A program made the position numbers and the translations under genes. Below, one piece after another: positions 19,325-29,286 of a DNA stretch of 46,011 nt; positions within the stretch are counted from its first letter, which is position 1; each line of letters begins with the position of its first letter. The notes under the pieces were generated by a model. The model saw only the letters and a program-made list of their open reading frames with translations. It made no database searches and was not told the origin of the DNA. This DNA comes from an uncultured Methanosarcinales archaeon (lineage in GTDB: Archaea > Nanobdellota > Nanobdellia > Woesearchaeales > JAGVZT01): contig CAYQPU010000010.1 of NCBI GenBank assembly GCA_964419615.1, positions 1 through 46,011 of the forward strand. Direction: 5' to 3'.

Positions 19325-19684
19325 TTATCTTTTCTTATAACCAAATCTTTGGTCATAGTCTTTGTGATTTAGAATGTCTAAGATAAAACAAATTATTTCT
19401 ATTTGATCTCCTTTTATAGTGTATAGCATTCTCCAGTACCCCATGAGTTCAACTCTCCATAAATTCTGAACATTGTATGCAGAAGGAATGAACCTTTTCT
19501 TAATATTATCCCCGTAGAAAGGATTTGCTTTAATCATCTGCACTTTTTGTTTAATGGATCTGAGTAATTGCATCTCCTTTGTATTTTGTTTGTCTTCTGC
19601 TGTCTGTTTCCCAACAAGACGGTTTAGAGCCTTATATTCTTTGTCAGCTTCATCCAGTAAGATGACTCTAACTGGTCTTTTCAT
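19325..19684 (-). CDS. RelE-like toxin
   Basis: NPFYGDNIKK...NLWRVELMGYWRMLYTI...ILDILNHKDYD; coupled by a 4-nt overlap to the upstream small gene. Confidence 0.7.
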   Translation of the reverse strand: MKRPVRVILLDEADKEYKALNRLVGKQTAEDKQNTKEMQLLRSIKQKVQMIKANPFYGDNIKKRFIPSAYNVQNLWRVELMGYWRMLYTIKGDQIEIICFILDILNHKDYDQRFGYKKR

Positions 19685-19956
19685 AACTCAGTCCCTCTTT
19701 TAATCAGCTGATCTAACTCTTTTCTTTCAGTAAACACCCATAGAACTCCTTTTGTTCCAATCATAATTTTTCCACTCAGTTGTAGATAGTCCAATATGTG
19801 AATTAGTGTTTGGTGCATAACCTTTTTTGGTAGTCTTCTCTTTAATTCAGCTAGTGTTATAATTTCTCCTGCATACCTTAGGGTATCCTCAACCATAAGG
19901 ACAGTGTTTAAAGTAGGAGAATGTGCTAGTTTTTTTTTCCTAAGTATCTGTTTCAT
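19681..19956 (-). CDS. Winged-helix putative antitoxin
   Basis: PTLNTVLMVE...LKRRLPKKVMHQTL..ILDYL..SGKI; paired with the RelE-like gene. Palindrome TAACT-A-AGTTA at 19959-19969. Confidence 0.65.
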   Translation of the reverse strand: MKQILRKKKLAHSPTLNTVLMVEDTLRYAGEIITLAELKRRLPKKVMHQTLIHILDYLQLSGKIMIGTKGVLWVFTERKELDQLIKRGTEL

Positions 19957-20030
19957 CTTAACTAAGTTATGTCATTTTAATATAAGTTTATATCAATAAT
20001 ATATATTTATATATAAATATTTTGGTTTTT

Positions 20031-20513
20031 TTAAATCTTTTCTGAATAAAACCAGGAGCCATTATTGTAAAACATAGTAAAAACAGTTCCAAATTCAGTT
20101 CCAGCTTTAAGTACTCTCCTGTATGAACTATCCTTATCCAGCCAATCAGGCTTGAATCTAAATCCCATTTTCTCAAGATCACTTTGATATTCTTCAATCA
20201 CATCATCATTTGCTAGCAGTAATAGTCTATCTTGTAATTCAATATCTTGGTCCAAATCTCCAACAACAGCTTTAATATCAGAAATGGTTGCATCATTATG
20301 TAATCCTAGAACAACATAGTTTTCAGAAGGACCATATCTTTGTAGCATTGGTCTTACAAAAGAATCATATTCTTTCAGCGCACCTCGTAAATCTTGGTGG
20401 TACACTATCCAAAACATACCACTTGAAATTATTTTTAATTCTGTAAAACTTTCTGTTGCTCTTTTGATCTCGGATGCAATTAGTTGTATCCCATGATCAT
20501 TATTGATTTGCAT
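20031..20513 (-). CDS. Hypothetical protein
   Basis: 160-aa ORF with ATG start; no confident family. Confidence 0.6.
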   Translation of the reverse strand: MQINNDHGIQLIASEIKRATESFTELKIISSGMFWIVYHQDLRGALKEYDSFVRPMLQRYGPSENYVVLGLHNDATISDIKAVVGDLDQDIELQDRLLLLANDDVIEEYQSDLEKMGFRFKPDWLDKDSSYRRVLKAGTEFGTVFTMFYNNGSWFYSEKI

Positions 20514-20545
20514 CTAAAAAGGTAATAAATCTCACTATAATAAGC

Positions 20546-21070
20546 TTATGAATTCAAAACAATCTCATCATACCCTAACCTTGGCCGAGCTTTTGGTTCT
20601 TCATTAGCATAACCTAATGTGATCACATATGGAACTTTGTAATGTTCAGGTATGCCAAGAGTTTGTTTAATCTCTTCTTTTTTAATCCATCCAACATAAC
20701 AGGTTCCAAGACCTAATTCTTCAGCTCTAAGTACCATATGTTCAGAAGCAATAGCCAAATCTCTTATTGCCCTTAAAACATTCTCATCATCCCAGCCTTT
20801 AACATGCTTTTTTTGATAAACACTTGGATTAGCACAACAAACAATAAGAACTGGGGCTTGATAAACCCAATCCTGCATAATAATCTCATCTTTTTTTAGC
20901 AGTTCCTTTTCGTCTTCTCCTGCAATCACAAACCTCCAAGGTTGAGCATTATTCCCAGATGGAGCAAGCCTTGCAGCTTCAATAACCATATTAACCAATT
21001 CATCTGACACCTCATCAGACTTGTACTTTCTAATGCTTCTTCGTTGTTCAATCGCTTGTTTGACATCCAT
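20546..21070 (-). CDS. Nitroreductase-family protein
   Basis: RRSIRKY, APSGNNAQPWRF, GLGTCYVG. Confidence 0.95.
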   Translation of the reverse strand: MDVKQAIEQRRSIRKYKSDEVSDELVNMVIEAARLAPSGNNAQPWRFVIAGEDEKELLKKDEIIMQDWVYQAPVLIVCCANPSVYQKKHVKGWDDENVLRAIRDLAIASEHMVLRAEELGLGTCYVGWIKKEEIKQTLGIPEHYKVPYVITLGYANEEPKARPRLGYDEIVLNS

Positions 21071-21168
21071 AAAAACAACAATGAATTGAGAATTTAAATA
21101 AATTGTGATATTAATTTACTTATTTTGTTTTGAAAATAATTATATACATCTGGTATTTTTCATTTAAT

Positions 21169-21837
21169 ATGTCAAAAACATCAATAATAATCCCAACATA
21201 CAACGAAGCTGAAAATATAAAAATATTAATTCCAAAAATAAAACAATTAACAAGAAAATTAAACATTGAAATCATAGTTGTTGATGATAATTCTCCAGAT
21301 GGAACTTATAAAGTAGCAAAAAAACTGGCAACAAAAGCAATTCTCAGAACAAAGCGCGGCTTGGCAACAGCAGTAATTGAAGGATTCAGACATGCTTCCG
21401 GAAACATAATAATTGTAATGGATGCTGATCTAAGTCATCCTCCAGAATTAATTCCCAAATTAATCAAGGCAATGGACAACCACCTCCTAGCAATAGCCAC
21501 AAGAAAACAAACAAAAAACTGGCCATTAAAAAGAAAAATAACATCTACAATTGCAACTAGTTTAGCAAGACCCTTAACAAAAGCAAAAGATCCAATGTCC
21601 GGATTTTTTGCATTAAAAAAATCAGCAATTCCAAAAAACCTAAAACCTTTAGGATACAAAATTTTGTTAGAACTAATTGTTAGATCAAACATAAAAAACT
21701 ATGTAGAGATTCCATTTATATTCAAAGATAGAGAGCTTGGTAAAAGTAAATTAACAATAAAAACAAACTTGAGATACTTACAGCACCTTCAAAAACTTTA
21801 CCTATACAAACTCAAAATAAATATCCTGAATCTGTAG
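21169..21837 (+). CDS. GT2 polyprenol-phosphate mannose synthase (DPM1-like)
   Basis: IIIPTYNEAENI, VVDDNSPDGT, MDADLSHPP, DPMSGFFA, FKDRELGKSK. Confidence 0.9.
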   Translation: MSKTSIIIPTYNEAENIKILIPKIKQLTRKLNIEIIVVDDNSPDGTYKVAKKLATKAILRTKRGLATAVIEGFRHASGNIIIVMDADLSHPPELIPKLIKAMDNHLLAIATRKQTKNWPLKRKITSTIATSLARPLTKAKDPMSGFFALKKSAIPKNLKPLGYKILLELIVRSNIKNYVEIPFIFKDRELGKSKLTIKTNLRYLQHLQKLYLYKLKINILNL

Positions 21838-23293
21838 CAGCATCCTTGGCAAATTGTAATTTTTGTTTACTATTTGAATAAATAGTATAAAGTGGTTCGT
21901 CTTTCTTAACCCAACTTCCTTTGTGTTTGTGAATGTAAATACCTGCGCCCTTATCAACAGGAGCACCAGCAACTCTAGCAACTTTTGCAATTATTTTGTT
22001 ATCAATATGCTTAACTTTGCCACCAATCTTAGAATTTACATTACACTTAAACTTTCCAAGTTTGATCTCATAATTCTTCTTTCCACCTTGTGCCTTAATA
22101 ATCTCGTTCATTGCCCTTAATGCCATTCCAGAATTAAGTGTGAATTCTGCTAATCTTTTTCCATGACCATGAAATGCTCTTCCAACTAACTCAAAAATAA
22201 CTCCAGCTAATTCTAAAGATTTCTCTCTTAAATCACAAGGACCCCTATGATCTCCCTCTAAAACCCACATAACATCTCTGGCCTCAAGACAAGGACCTAT
22301 TCCATTACCTATGGGGTGAGTACCATCAGTCAATAAAACTTTAATTTCCATTCCAAGCTTTGTTCCAATCTCCTCAAACAATTTCTTATACTTAATAGCC
22401 TCAATTTTATCCTCAATCTTGGCACCTTTACCATATGGAATATCAATTAATACATGAGTTGCTCCAACAGCATGCTTTTTTGCAAGTACACTGGCCAAAA
22501 CCATACCAACAGGATCCAAACTTAATGGATGCCTTAGCCTGATTAATTTATCATCCGCTGCTGCAAGATTATAAGCTCCACCCCAGATAATACAAGCATT
22601 AGTTTTCTCAACAACTTTTTTCATCTTTTCAACAGGAAGTGAAACTTGGGTAAGAACTTCCATTGTATCAGCAGTCCCAGCAGGACTTGTTATTGATCTT
22701 GAAGAAGTCTTTGGTACAGTAAGTCCCGCAGCAGCAAGAATAGGCACAACAACCATTGTTGTTCTATTACCTGGAACACCTCCAATACAATGCTTATCCA
22801 CAATCTGCTCTCTTTTGATATTAAACTGTTCACCATTTTCAACCATGGCTCTTGTCAAATCTATTGTTTCCTTAATACTAAGCCCATGATTATAACAGCC
22901 GGCAACAAAATATGTCATTTCTGTTCTGCTTAATCTATTCCCGACAATATCCTTTACTATCTCATTAATCTCATATTTTGAAATTTCAATTCCATCTAAT
23001 TTTTTCTTAATATAACCCACTGAGAGAGGTATTTTTTCAAATTCCAGATTAACATAATCACGATCCTTAACATTTAGTGCAGTAAGCACCTCCTCCATTA
23101 AACCAATATTCCCTAAAGGGATAAACTTTTTAGATTCAGATATATCTATTATGACAATTACTTCTCTTTTGTATCTTCTAAGCTTAACTCTATCTTCATA
23201 ATTTAGGTCAAGTTCTTTAGCATCATCTTCATTTAATATGGCAACTAAAGTATCTCCTGTTGAAATATCAACATCCTTAACCCGTAATCTCAT
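21812..23293 (-). CDS. deoA: AMP phosphorylase (thymidine phosphorylase family)
   Basis: DKHCIGGVPGNRTT and KTSSRSITSPAGTAD, with the archaeal N-terminal double-psi-barrel-type extension. Confidence 0.93.
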   Translation of the reverse strand: MRLRVKDVDISTGDTLVAILNEDDAKELDLNYEDRVKLRRYKREVIVIIDISESKKFIPLGNIGLMEEVLTALNVKDRDYVNLEFEKIPLSVGYIKKKLDGIEISKYEINEIVKDIVGNRLSRTEMTYFVAGCYNHGLSIKETIDLTRAMVENGEQFNIKREQIVDKHCIGGVPGNRTTMVVVPILAAAGLTVPKTSSRSITSPAGTADTMEVLTQVSLPVEKMKKVVEKTNACIIWGGAYNLAAADDKLIRLRHPLSLDPVGMVLASVLAKKHAVGATHVLIDIPYGKGAKIEDKIEAIKYKKLFEEIGTKLGMEIKVLLTDGTHPIGNGIGPCLEARDVMWVLEGDHRGPCDLREKSLELAGVIFELVGRAFHGHGKRLAEFTLNSGMALRAMNEIIKAQGGKKNYEIKLGKFKCNVNSKIGGKVKHIDNKIIAKVARVAGAPVDKGAGIYIHKHKGSWVKKDEPLYTIYSNSKQKLQFAKDAATDSGYLF

Positions 23294-24350
23294 CTTTATC
23301 TGCCTCGTAGATATCAATCATTGTCATTGTTAGAGCAAGAATCAGAGGACCAACAAATATTCCAACTAATCCAAACATAACTAAGCCACCAAGTAAACCA
23401 AGTAAGATAACAGCAGGATTGACTTGAGCTCTATCTCCCATAATTTTTGGCTTAACAAAATTATCAATCAAACTAATTACAAAAATTCCGTATAACAGTA
23501 AACCAATTCCATTAAATAAAATTGGATTACTCCCAGTTGCAACACCATCTGCAATTTTTAATAATGCAATCGGTAACCATATTATTGGTGTGCCAATAAA
23601 TGGTATTAAAGCTGCAAATGTCATGGCTGCTCCTAAAATAAGAGGATTAGTAACATTAAAAATATACAGGCCTATCACTCCCACAATCCCCTGAGCTAAT
23701 CCCGCAATAACGTGACCATACATGACTGCGCTTGTAACATTTTTTAACCTTTTGAGAATCTTTTTTTTATGCTTTTTTTTCAATGGTAAAACCTTCTCAA
23801 ATCTTTTGAAAATCCCCTTACCCTCTCTTAAAATATAGAATAAAACAAAACTCATTAAAAACAAATTTAGTAAGAATCTTGGAACAGCTGCAACAATGTC
23901 CGGAGTACTCCTCCATAATAAACCTTCAAAATAATCTATTGCCTCATTACGCTGGTAAACAAAATCTTCTCTGCTGGATAAATCTTTGTAGTACTCATTA
24001 ATCGTGCACAATGGATTTTGAGTATTACAAATGTCCTCTCCTAATAAATCTCCGCTAGTCACCCTTTGCTTAGTTAACACATAAGCAACTTTGGCCTGGT
24101 AACTAACTTGTTGAAATAAGAAAACAACAGGAGTAAAAATAACAATGAAAATAATAACCGTTGTTATTAGCGCACAAATATTTTTTCTCTTTAACCAACG
24201 AAGTAACCAATTATAAACTGGATAAAAAACAAGCGCACCCACAATACCCGCAATTATTGGAGTAAGAAATGGTTTGATAATTAAGAAAGATAAAACAATA
24301 CAGCCTAAGAACAACCCAATAAAAACATAACTTGATTTATCTTTTTTCAT
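23277..24350 (-). CDS. AI-2E family transporter
   Basis: Polytopic; IPFIG, IDNFVKPKIMG, FGLVGIFVGP. Confidence 0.9.
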   Translation of the reverse strand: MKKDKSSYVFIGLFLGCIVLSFLIIKPFLTPIIAGIVGALVFYPVYNWLLRWLKRKNICALITTVIIFIVIFTPVVFLFQQVSYQAKVAYVLTKQRVTSGDLLGEDICNTQNPLCTINEYYKDLSSREDFVYQRNEAIDYFEGLLWRSTPDIVAAVPRFLLNLFLMSFVLFYILREGKGIFKRFEKVLPLKKKHKKKILKRLKNVTSAVMYGHVIAGLAQGIVGVIGLYIFNVTNPLILGAAMTFAALIPFIGTPIIWLPIALLKIADGVATGSNPILFNGIGLLLYGIFVISLIDNFVKPKIMGDRAQVNPAVILLGLLGGLVMFGLVGIFVGPLILALTMTMIDIYEADKDEITG

Positions 24351-25222
24351 ATCCTCACACCCGATAATCCTAAAAAGTCTGTGTTGATTTTAATTTGCGA
24401 CAACACTTGCCCAAATGATTCAAAAACACTCTTTTTTCTTTTGTATTCAACAAAATTTACTTCTTCAATTTCCAATTCCTTAGAAAGGTAAACTTCAACT
24501 TCATCTTTGCCTCCGAGCTCATCAACAAGACCAAGCTCCAAAGCTTCAGTTCCAATAAAAAACATTCCTGTGGCAACCTCTCTAACATACTCCTCAGAAA
24601 GATCCCTGTTTACAGCAACTTCCCTAATAAAAATATCATGAATAACATCAACTTTTTCTTGCATTAAGTCTAATTCTTCCTGTGTGGTCTCCCTCATAGG
24701 GATACCTGCATCCTTATACTCTCCACCAACCAATCTTGTGTAAGTAATGTTGTGCTTTTCAAGCAATCCGGGAAACTCGATGTATGATGAAATAACACCA
24801 ATACTCCCAGTTATAGACATTCTATTTGCAATAATATGATCCGTACAGGAAGCGACCCAATAACCACCACTGGCACCAGCTTCTCTTATCCAAGCAACTG
24901 TTGTCTTATTAGTTTTCTTAATTGCACTTCCAATCTCATCTGAAGCAACAGCACTCCCTCCACCACTATTAATTTCAAAAACAATAGCTTTTATGCTAGT
25001 ATCTTCATCAGCTATTTCAATATACTCAATAATCTCTTTTGAAGATGTGCCATCAAAAAACATCTCTGCATCTTGAGTTGTGATCAACCCTCTAATTGGA
25101 ATAACAGCAACTTTATTACCATAATCTCCAACAGCTATTAAGATGCCTAAACCTAAAACAAAACATACAAACATAAAACCTGCAAAACCTGCTATAATCC
25201 AAGAAAGCTTAATCTCTTTCAT
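24347..25222 (-). CDS. sppA: Signal peptide peptidase SppA (S49)
   Basis: N-terminal TM helix, INSGGG, ASGGY, TGSIGV, YKDAG. Confidence 0.93.
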   Translation of the reverse strand: MKEIKLSWIIAGFAGFMFVCFVLGLGILIAVGDYGNKVAVIPIRGLITTQDAEMFFDGTSSKEIIEYIEIADEDTSIKAIVFEINSGGGSAVASDEIGSAIKKTNKTTVAWIREAGASGGYWVASCTDHIIANRMSITGSIGVISSYIEFPGLLEKHNITYTRLVGGEYKDAGIPMRETTQEELDLMQEKVDVIHDIFIREVAVNRDLSEEYVREVATGMFFIGTEALELGLVDELGGKDEVEVYLSKELEIEEVNFVEYKRKKSVFESFGQVLSQIKINTDFLGLSGVRI

Positions 25223-25284
25223 TTCACCCCTCTAAAGTTTTTAAAAAGATATAATTTATAAATCTTTTTATTTAATATTTAATA

Positions 25285-25932
25285 ATGCTTTATATAGTAT
25301 CAACACCAATCGGTAATCTAAAAGATATAACCTTTAGGGCTATTGATATCCTTAAACAAGTCGAATTAATAGCAGCAGAGGATACAAGACAAACATCAAA
25401 ACTTTTAAAGCACTATGACATTGAAACAAAACAAACAAGCTATAATGATCAAAACAAAAAATCAAAAACAAAATTAATTATTGATCTAATTAAAAAAGGA
25501 AAACAAGTAGCATTAGTATCTGACTCTGGAACACCACTAATCTCTGATCCAGGATTTTATCTTGTAAGAGAAGCATTAAAAGAAGAAATCAAAATAATTC
25601 CAATACCTGGACCAAGCTCACCGCTTGCAGCTTTGGTTGGATCTGGTTTGCCATGTCACAACTTCACATTTTTAGGATTTGTTCCCAAAAAAGGAAAAAA
25701 GAATTTCTTTGAGAAAATAAAACAATACGATCATTCAGTTATTCTATTTGAATCTCCTTACAGAATTAAGAAAACATTGACAGTAATGAGTGAAATGATT
25801 CCAGAATGTGATGTGGTTTTAGCAAGAGAACTCACTAAAAAGTTTGAAGAGTTTATCAGAGGAAAACCTAAGGAAATTCTAGAAAAAGTTGATAACTTAA
25901 AAGGAGAAATTGTGCTTATTGTTCATCCTTAA
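25285..25932 (+). CDS. rsmI: 16S rRNA C1402 2'-O-methyltransferase (bacterial type)
   Basis: LYIVSTPIGNLKDIT, AEDTR, VSDSGTPLISDPG, RELTKKFEE. Confidence 0.93.
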   Translation: MLYIVSTPIGNLKDITFRAIDILKQVELIAAEDTRQTSKLLKHYDIETKQTSYNDQNKKSKTKLIIDLIKKGKQVALVSDSGTPLISDPGFYLVREALKEEIKIIPIPGPSSPLAALVGSGLPCHNFTFLGFVPKKGKKNFFEKIKQYDHSVILFESPYRIKKTLTVMSEMIPECDVVLARELTKKFEEFIRGKPKEILEKVDNLKGEIVLIVHP

Positions 25933-26587
25933 ACTCAACTTCTCCATCAAAATAAACACCTTCTTTTAGTTTAACAGGACGCCAGTTATCAATAACAGCT
26001 TTTGCATCAAGCCACTCAGCTAACTCTTTAGGATTACCAATAGTTGCGCTAAGACCAACAAACTGTACATTCTTCAAACTCTCTTTTAACATTGTTATTA
26101 AAATTTCTAAGGTTGGACCTCTTGAAGGATCATTTAATAAATGAATCTCGTCTACAATCACAGTAGCAATTTCATTAATCCATGGTGCATGATGTCTTGT
26201 CAAAGAATCAAGCTTTTCACTAGTTGTAATAATCAAATCATAATCAGCTAAATAGGAATCTGATGAATCCATATCTCCTGATGAAAACGCAACCTTGCAA
26301 ATCTTTTCATACCTTTTCTTAAAATCCCTCTGCTTTTCAGAACCAAGAGCTCGCAAGGGAACAATATAAACAGCTTTACCTTTCCTCTCTAAGATTCTTT
26401 TGAGCATAACAAGCTCAGCAATAAGTGTTTTACCAGACGCAGTTGGAGTACAAACAATAAGATTCTTACCTTCTAATAAACCAGCTTTAATAGCTTTTTC
26501 TTGTGCTGGTCTGAGTTCTTTTATATCCTCACTCAAAATACCAAACAGCTTCTCTGGAATGTTTTTTTTAATATCTGTTAAGTTCAT
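25916..26587 (-). CDS. Stand-alone N-terminal RecA domain of a Hel308/Ski2-like DExH helicase
   Basis: Q motif LRPAQ, motif I PTASGKT, Ia VPLRAL, II DEIH, III SAT. Stops after WRPVKL and has no motifs IV-VI. Confidence 0.85.
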   Translation of the reverse strand: MNLTDIKKNIPEKLFGILSEDIKELRPAQEKAIKAGLLEGKNLIVCTPTASGKTLIAELVMLKRILERKGKAVYIVPLRALGSEKQRDFKKRYEKICKVAFSSGDMDSSDSYLADYDLIITTSEKLDSLTRHHAPWINEIATVIVDEIHLLNDPSRGPTLEILITMLKESLKNVQFVGLSATIGNPKELAEWLDAKAVIDNWRPVKLKEGVYFDGEVEFKDEQ

Positions 26588-26706
26588 TTAATTGAGAATG
26601 ATTTTGATCCTTATAAAGATATTGTGATATTGGAAAAGTTATCTGTGTGGATTATGGAGTGGTTACATTCATAAAATTTATATACTTTACATATTCTCTA
26701 GGAATT

Positions 26707-27165
26707 ATGAAATCAAGTGTAAATTCAGTGGTTGCAATAGATAAAATGACAGCTGCCGAGATGTCAACAATTTTAGCTACACTACCTGAACCAAGAATTG
26801 CATACTTTTCTCTTATGGGAATAGGTATTGATCATAGCAGTGTTGAAGCTCAAATAGATAAACATTTTGCTGCTCTTGGAAATGATTATCACGTAAGGAA
26901 TGAGATTCCAATTGTATGGGACAACCCATCTACAGAAAAACTACTTGAAGTTTACAAAAATGGGCATGTAACTCTTGAATCTGGAAGAAAGTTGAGATTG
27001 GATTTTGACAGAGTTGAATGGCATTTTAATCAGATGGATAAAATTGAAGTGAATGGATATGGGGTAAAAGCAATTTTTTACGGTGTTGAACCAATAGACA
27101 CTGCAAAGCTTCAAGATGCTGTTATTAAAACAAGAGTGGGTCTTGAATTAAAAGTAAATCCTTAG
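26707..27165 (+). CDS. Hypothetical protein
   Basis: TATA TTTATATA at 26678 is 29 nt before ATG 26707. Confidence 0.65.
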   Translation: MKSSVNSVVAIDKMTAAEMSTILATLPEPRIAYFSLMGIGIDHSSVEAQIDKHFAALGNDYHVRNEIPIVWDNPSTEKLLEVYKNGHVTLESGRKLRLDFDRVEWHFNQMDKIEVNGYGVKAIFYGVEPIDTAKLQDAVIKTRVGLELKVNP

Positions 27166-27258
27166 ATATTATTCTTTGAATTTTCTTCAGTGGTAAATAC
27201 CACTCTAAAATAGTCAACCGTAAGAACCTTTATATATCAAATTCAATTCCCCCATATA

Positions 27259-28347
27259 ATGATTCCAGAAAACTATGTAGCTGTTTTTGCAGACAGAAAT
27301 AAGATCGTATCAATTGATATTGCTGCAAGAGAAAGAAAAACAATAATTGAAAGAGATGGAGAAATAACAGCACTACATTATTCAACAACTCTTGAATCTT
27401 TAGTAGATTGTTCTCAGGAAGTTATAATTAAACACAAAGGGGGAGATGTTTATTATATTAAAAACCACAAAGGAGAGCCTATTGGTCAAATACAGGTTGC
27501 AGTTGATATGGCATCAACTGACGACATTGTGCAAAAAAATGGTGAGACATTTTCATTTGTTGATTTTGCAGGAAGACTGCTCGGTTTAAGGTATCTACCG
27601 ATTGAATTGCATCATAGACCTTATAGAGCGGGTATAACAAATAGACCACCTACAATAGATGATGCAGAAATGGAAATTTATGATGTAATGACTGACCAAC
27701 CTTTGATGGGTGTACTTAGTGTGAGAGAACAACTCCATGGTGCAGACTTAGTATCACTTGGGAATACTCTTTTTGTTGGTGCACAAAATGTAATGGCAGC
27801 TCAGCTAATCATTCCAGAGGAAGCCAAAAGTAAACATGTATTGCCAGAAGTCAATTTAAAACAAACTGAGAAAACCAATGCAATAATTGTTCATAATGAA
27901 GCTCATTTTAACTCTTTTCAATTAGAATTATCTGTTGATGCTGCTAGGCATTATTTGACTAGTAATGAGAAAAATGCTGTTGCACTATCTTATTCAAATG
28001 AAATAATGCATCCGTTTGGACCAGTTGTATTAGACCTTGTCAATAATGGAGTTATGGGTTTTATTCCAGATAAGTTTTTTCCAGGTAATGATCAAAAAAC
28101 TAAGCTTGTTGGCAATGCAGCAATGGTTGAGAATGGTCTATTTTACATTGAAGTGGATCCAGGTGCAGAACATTATTCAAATCTAGTTTATGTTCATCTT
28201 CCAGAGGAGACATTTGAATCACCATGGTCTGAGTTAGAAGCCACCACAGTCGCATATGACTTGTTCCCATGTCCAACTCGTTTGAATTTTCATTTCCCGA
28301 TAGTTATGCTAACTCAAAAACAATATGCAGAACTTGGGTTTGATTAA
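27259..28347 (+). CDS. Hypothetical protein (beta-rich)
   Basis: 362-aa ORF; TATA 30 nt upstream. Confidence 0.7.
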   Translation: MIPENYVAVFADRNKIVSIDIAARERKTIIERDGEITALHYSTTLESLVDCSQEVIIKHKGGDVYYIKNHKGEPIGQIQVAVDMASTDDIVQKNGETFSFVDFAGRLLGLRYLPIELHHRPYRAGITNRPPTIDDAEMEIYDVMTDQPLMGVLSVREQLHGADLVSLGNTLFVGAQNVMAAQLIIPEEAKSKHVLPEVNLKQTEKTNAIIVHNEAHFNSFQLELSVDAARHYLTSNEKNAVALSYSNEIMHPFGPVVLDLVNNGVMGFIPDKFFPGNDQKTKLVGNAAMVENGLFYIEVDPGAEHYSNLVYVHLPEETFESPWSELEATTVAYDLFPCPTRLNFHFPIVMLTQKQYAELGFD

Positions 28348-28481
28348 TAATATCTAGTAGAGTTATTTTCTTGAAAGTGATATTATGATACTTGAATATA
28401 TACATATCTCTTGGTTAATCACCACCTTTAAATGGTAAAAATTGATAACATTTAAATACTTCTAAGAATTACACAATATAT

Positions 28482-29240
28482 ATGGCAAGGGTACTTTTGA
28501 TAGGTGCTGACGAAAAAACGGATGTTTTTGAGGAAGTATATGGATTGTTAGAAAAATTTGATCCTGAAGCAATTGCTCTGGAAGTTTGTCTAATGATTAG
28601 AAATATTGGAGAACGTTTCAATTTCCAGATGGGAAGTCGAAGAAAATTATTTGGTTTGCTCGGTGGAGAATATACAGTTAATGTAGAAGTTGAAACCCAT
28701 CCCCAAATAATGCATCCTGGTACTTGGTGGTGCATTTACGGAGAACAAAGTACTTATACTCCATTTTCTGAATATTCTGCTGGAATTGCCTATGCGATAA
28801 CTAAAGGAAAACCATTTTATTTTATTGACTGGTCTAAAAAATTTCCTGATATGTTTTTTCAATTCTACAACGGAAAAATGTTAAGTTTTAGTGTAATGGA
28901 TGATCTTACATACTTGGAATATCCTGATGAATTTTGGCTTAATGTAAGAAAAGAACCAAATATTCCCCAAGGATGTGTTGGAGCAAGAAATCTATTTCAA
29001 AGCCAGATAATAAATCAATTATTAGGTGAAGAAGGTTATTTGAGAGAACCTAGACATTCTTCAATTGCACAAATTGGAGGAAATGGACATTTTTATGCGG
29101 GAAATGTAAGGAAAAATGGAGTTTCGTATAATCTAACTCCTGGACTGGAATTACCCAACCTGATCAAAGCAGATGAAGTATCTGTAATTGATTTGTATTA
29201 TCAAACTCAGTTTTCTCCATGGCCAAAGAGCAAAGCCTAG
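28482..29240 (+). CDS. Divergent TraB/Tiki-superfamily-like protein
   Basis: FDPEAIALEV, FIDW, ARN...II and QIGGNGH follow the order of TraB/GumN motifs (PD.V.VE, ID, RN, VVG.GH). Confidence 0.45.
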   Translation: MARVLLIGADEKTDVFEEVYGLLEKFDPEAIALEVCLMIRNIGERFNFQMGSRRKLFGLLGGEYTVNVEVETHPQIMHPGTWWCIYGEQSTYTPFSEYSAGIAYAITKGKPFYFIDWSKKFPDMFFQFYNGKMLSFSVMDDLTYLEYPDEFWLNVRKEPNIPQGCVGARNLFQSQIINQLLGEEGYLREPRHSSIAQIGGNGHFYAGNVRKNGVSYNLTPGLELPNLIKADEVSVIDLYYQTQFSPWPKSKA

Positions 29241-29286
29241 ATCTCTATCATATGATACAATTATTTTTTATTTCAACTGAAAGAAA

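Noticed and set aside
28330-28430. SD-like GGTGGTGA followed by a short minus-strand ORF
   Set aside because: It overlaps the end of the 362-aa gene and has no motif; there is too little evidence.
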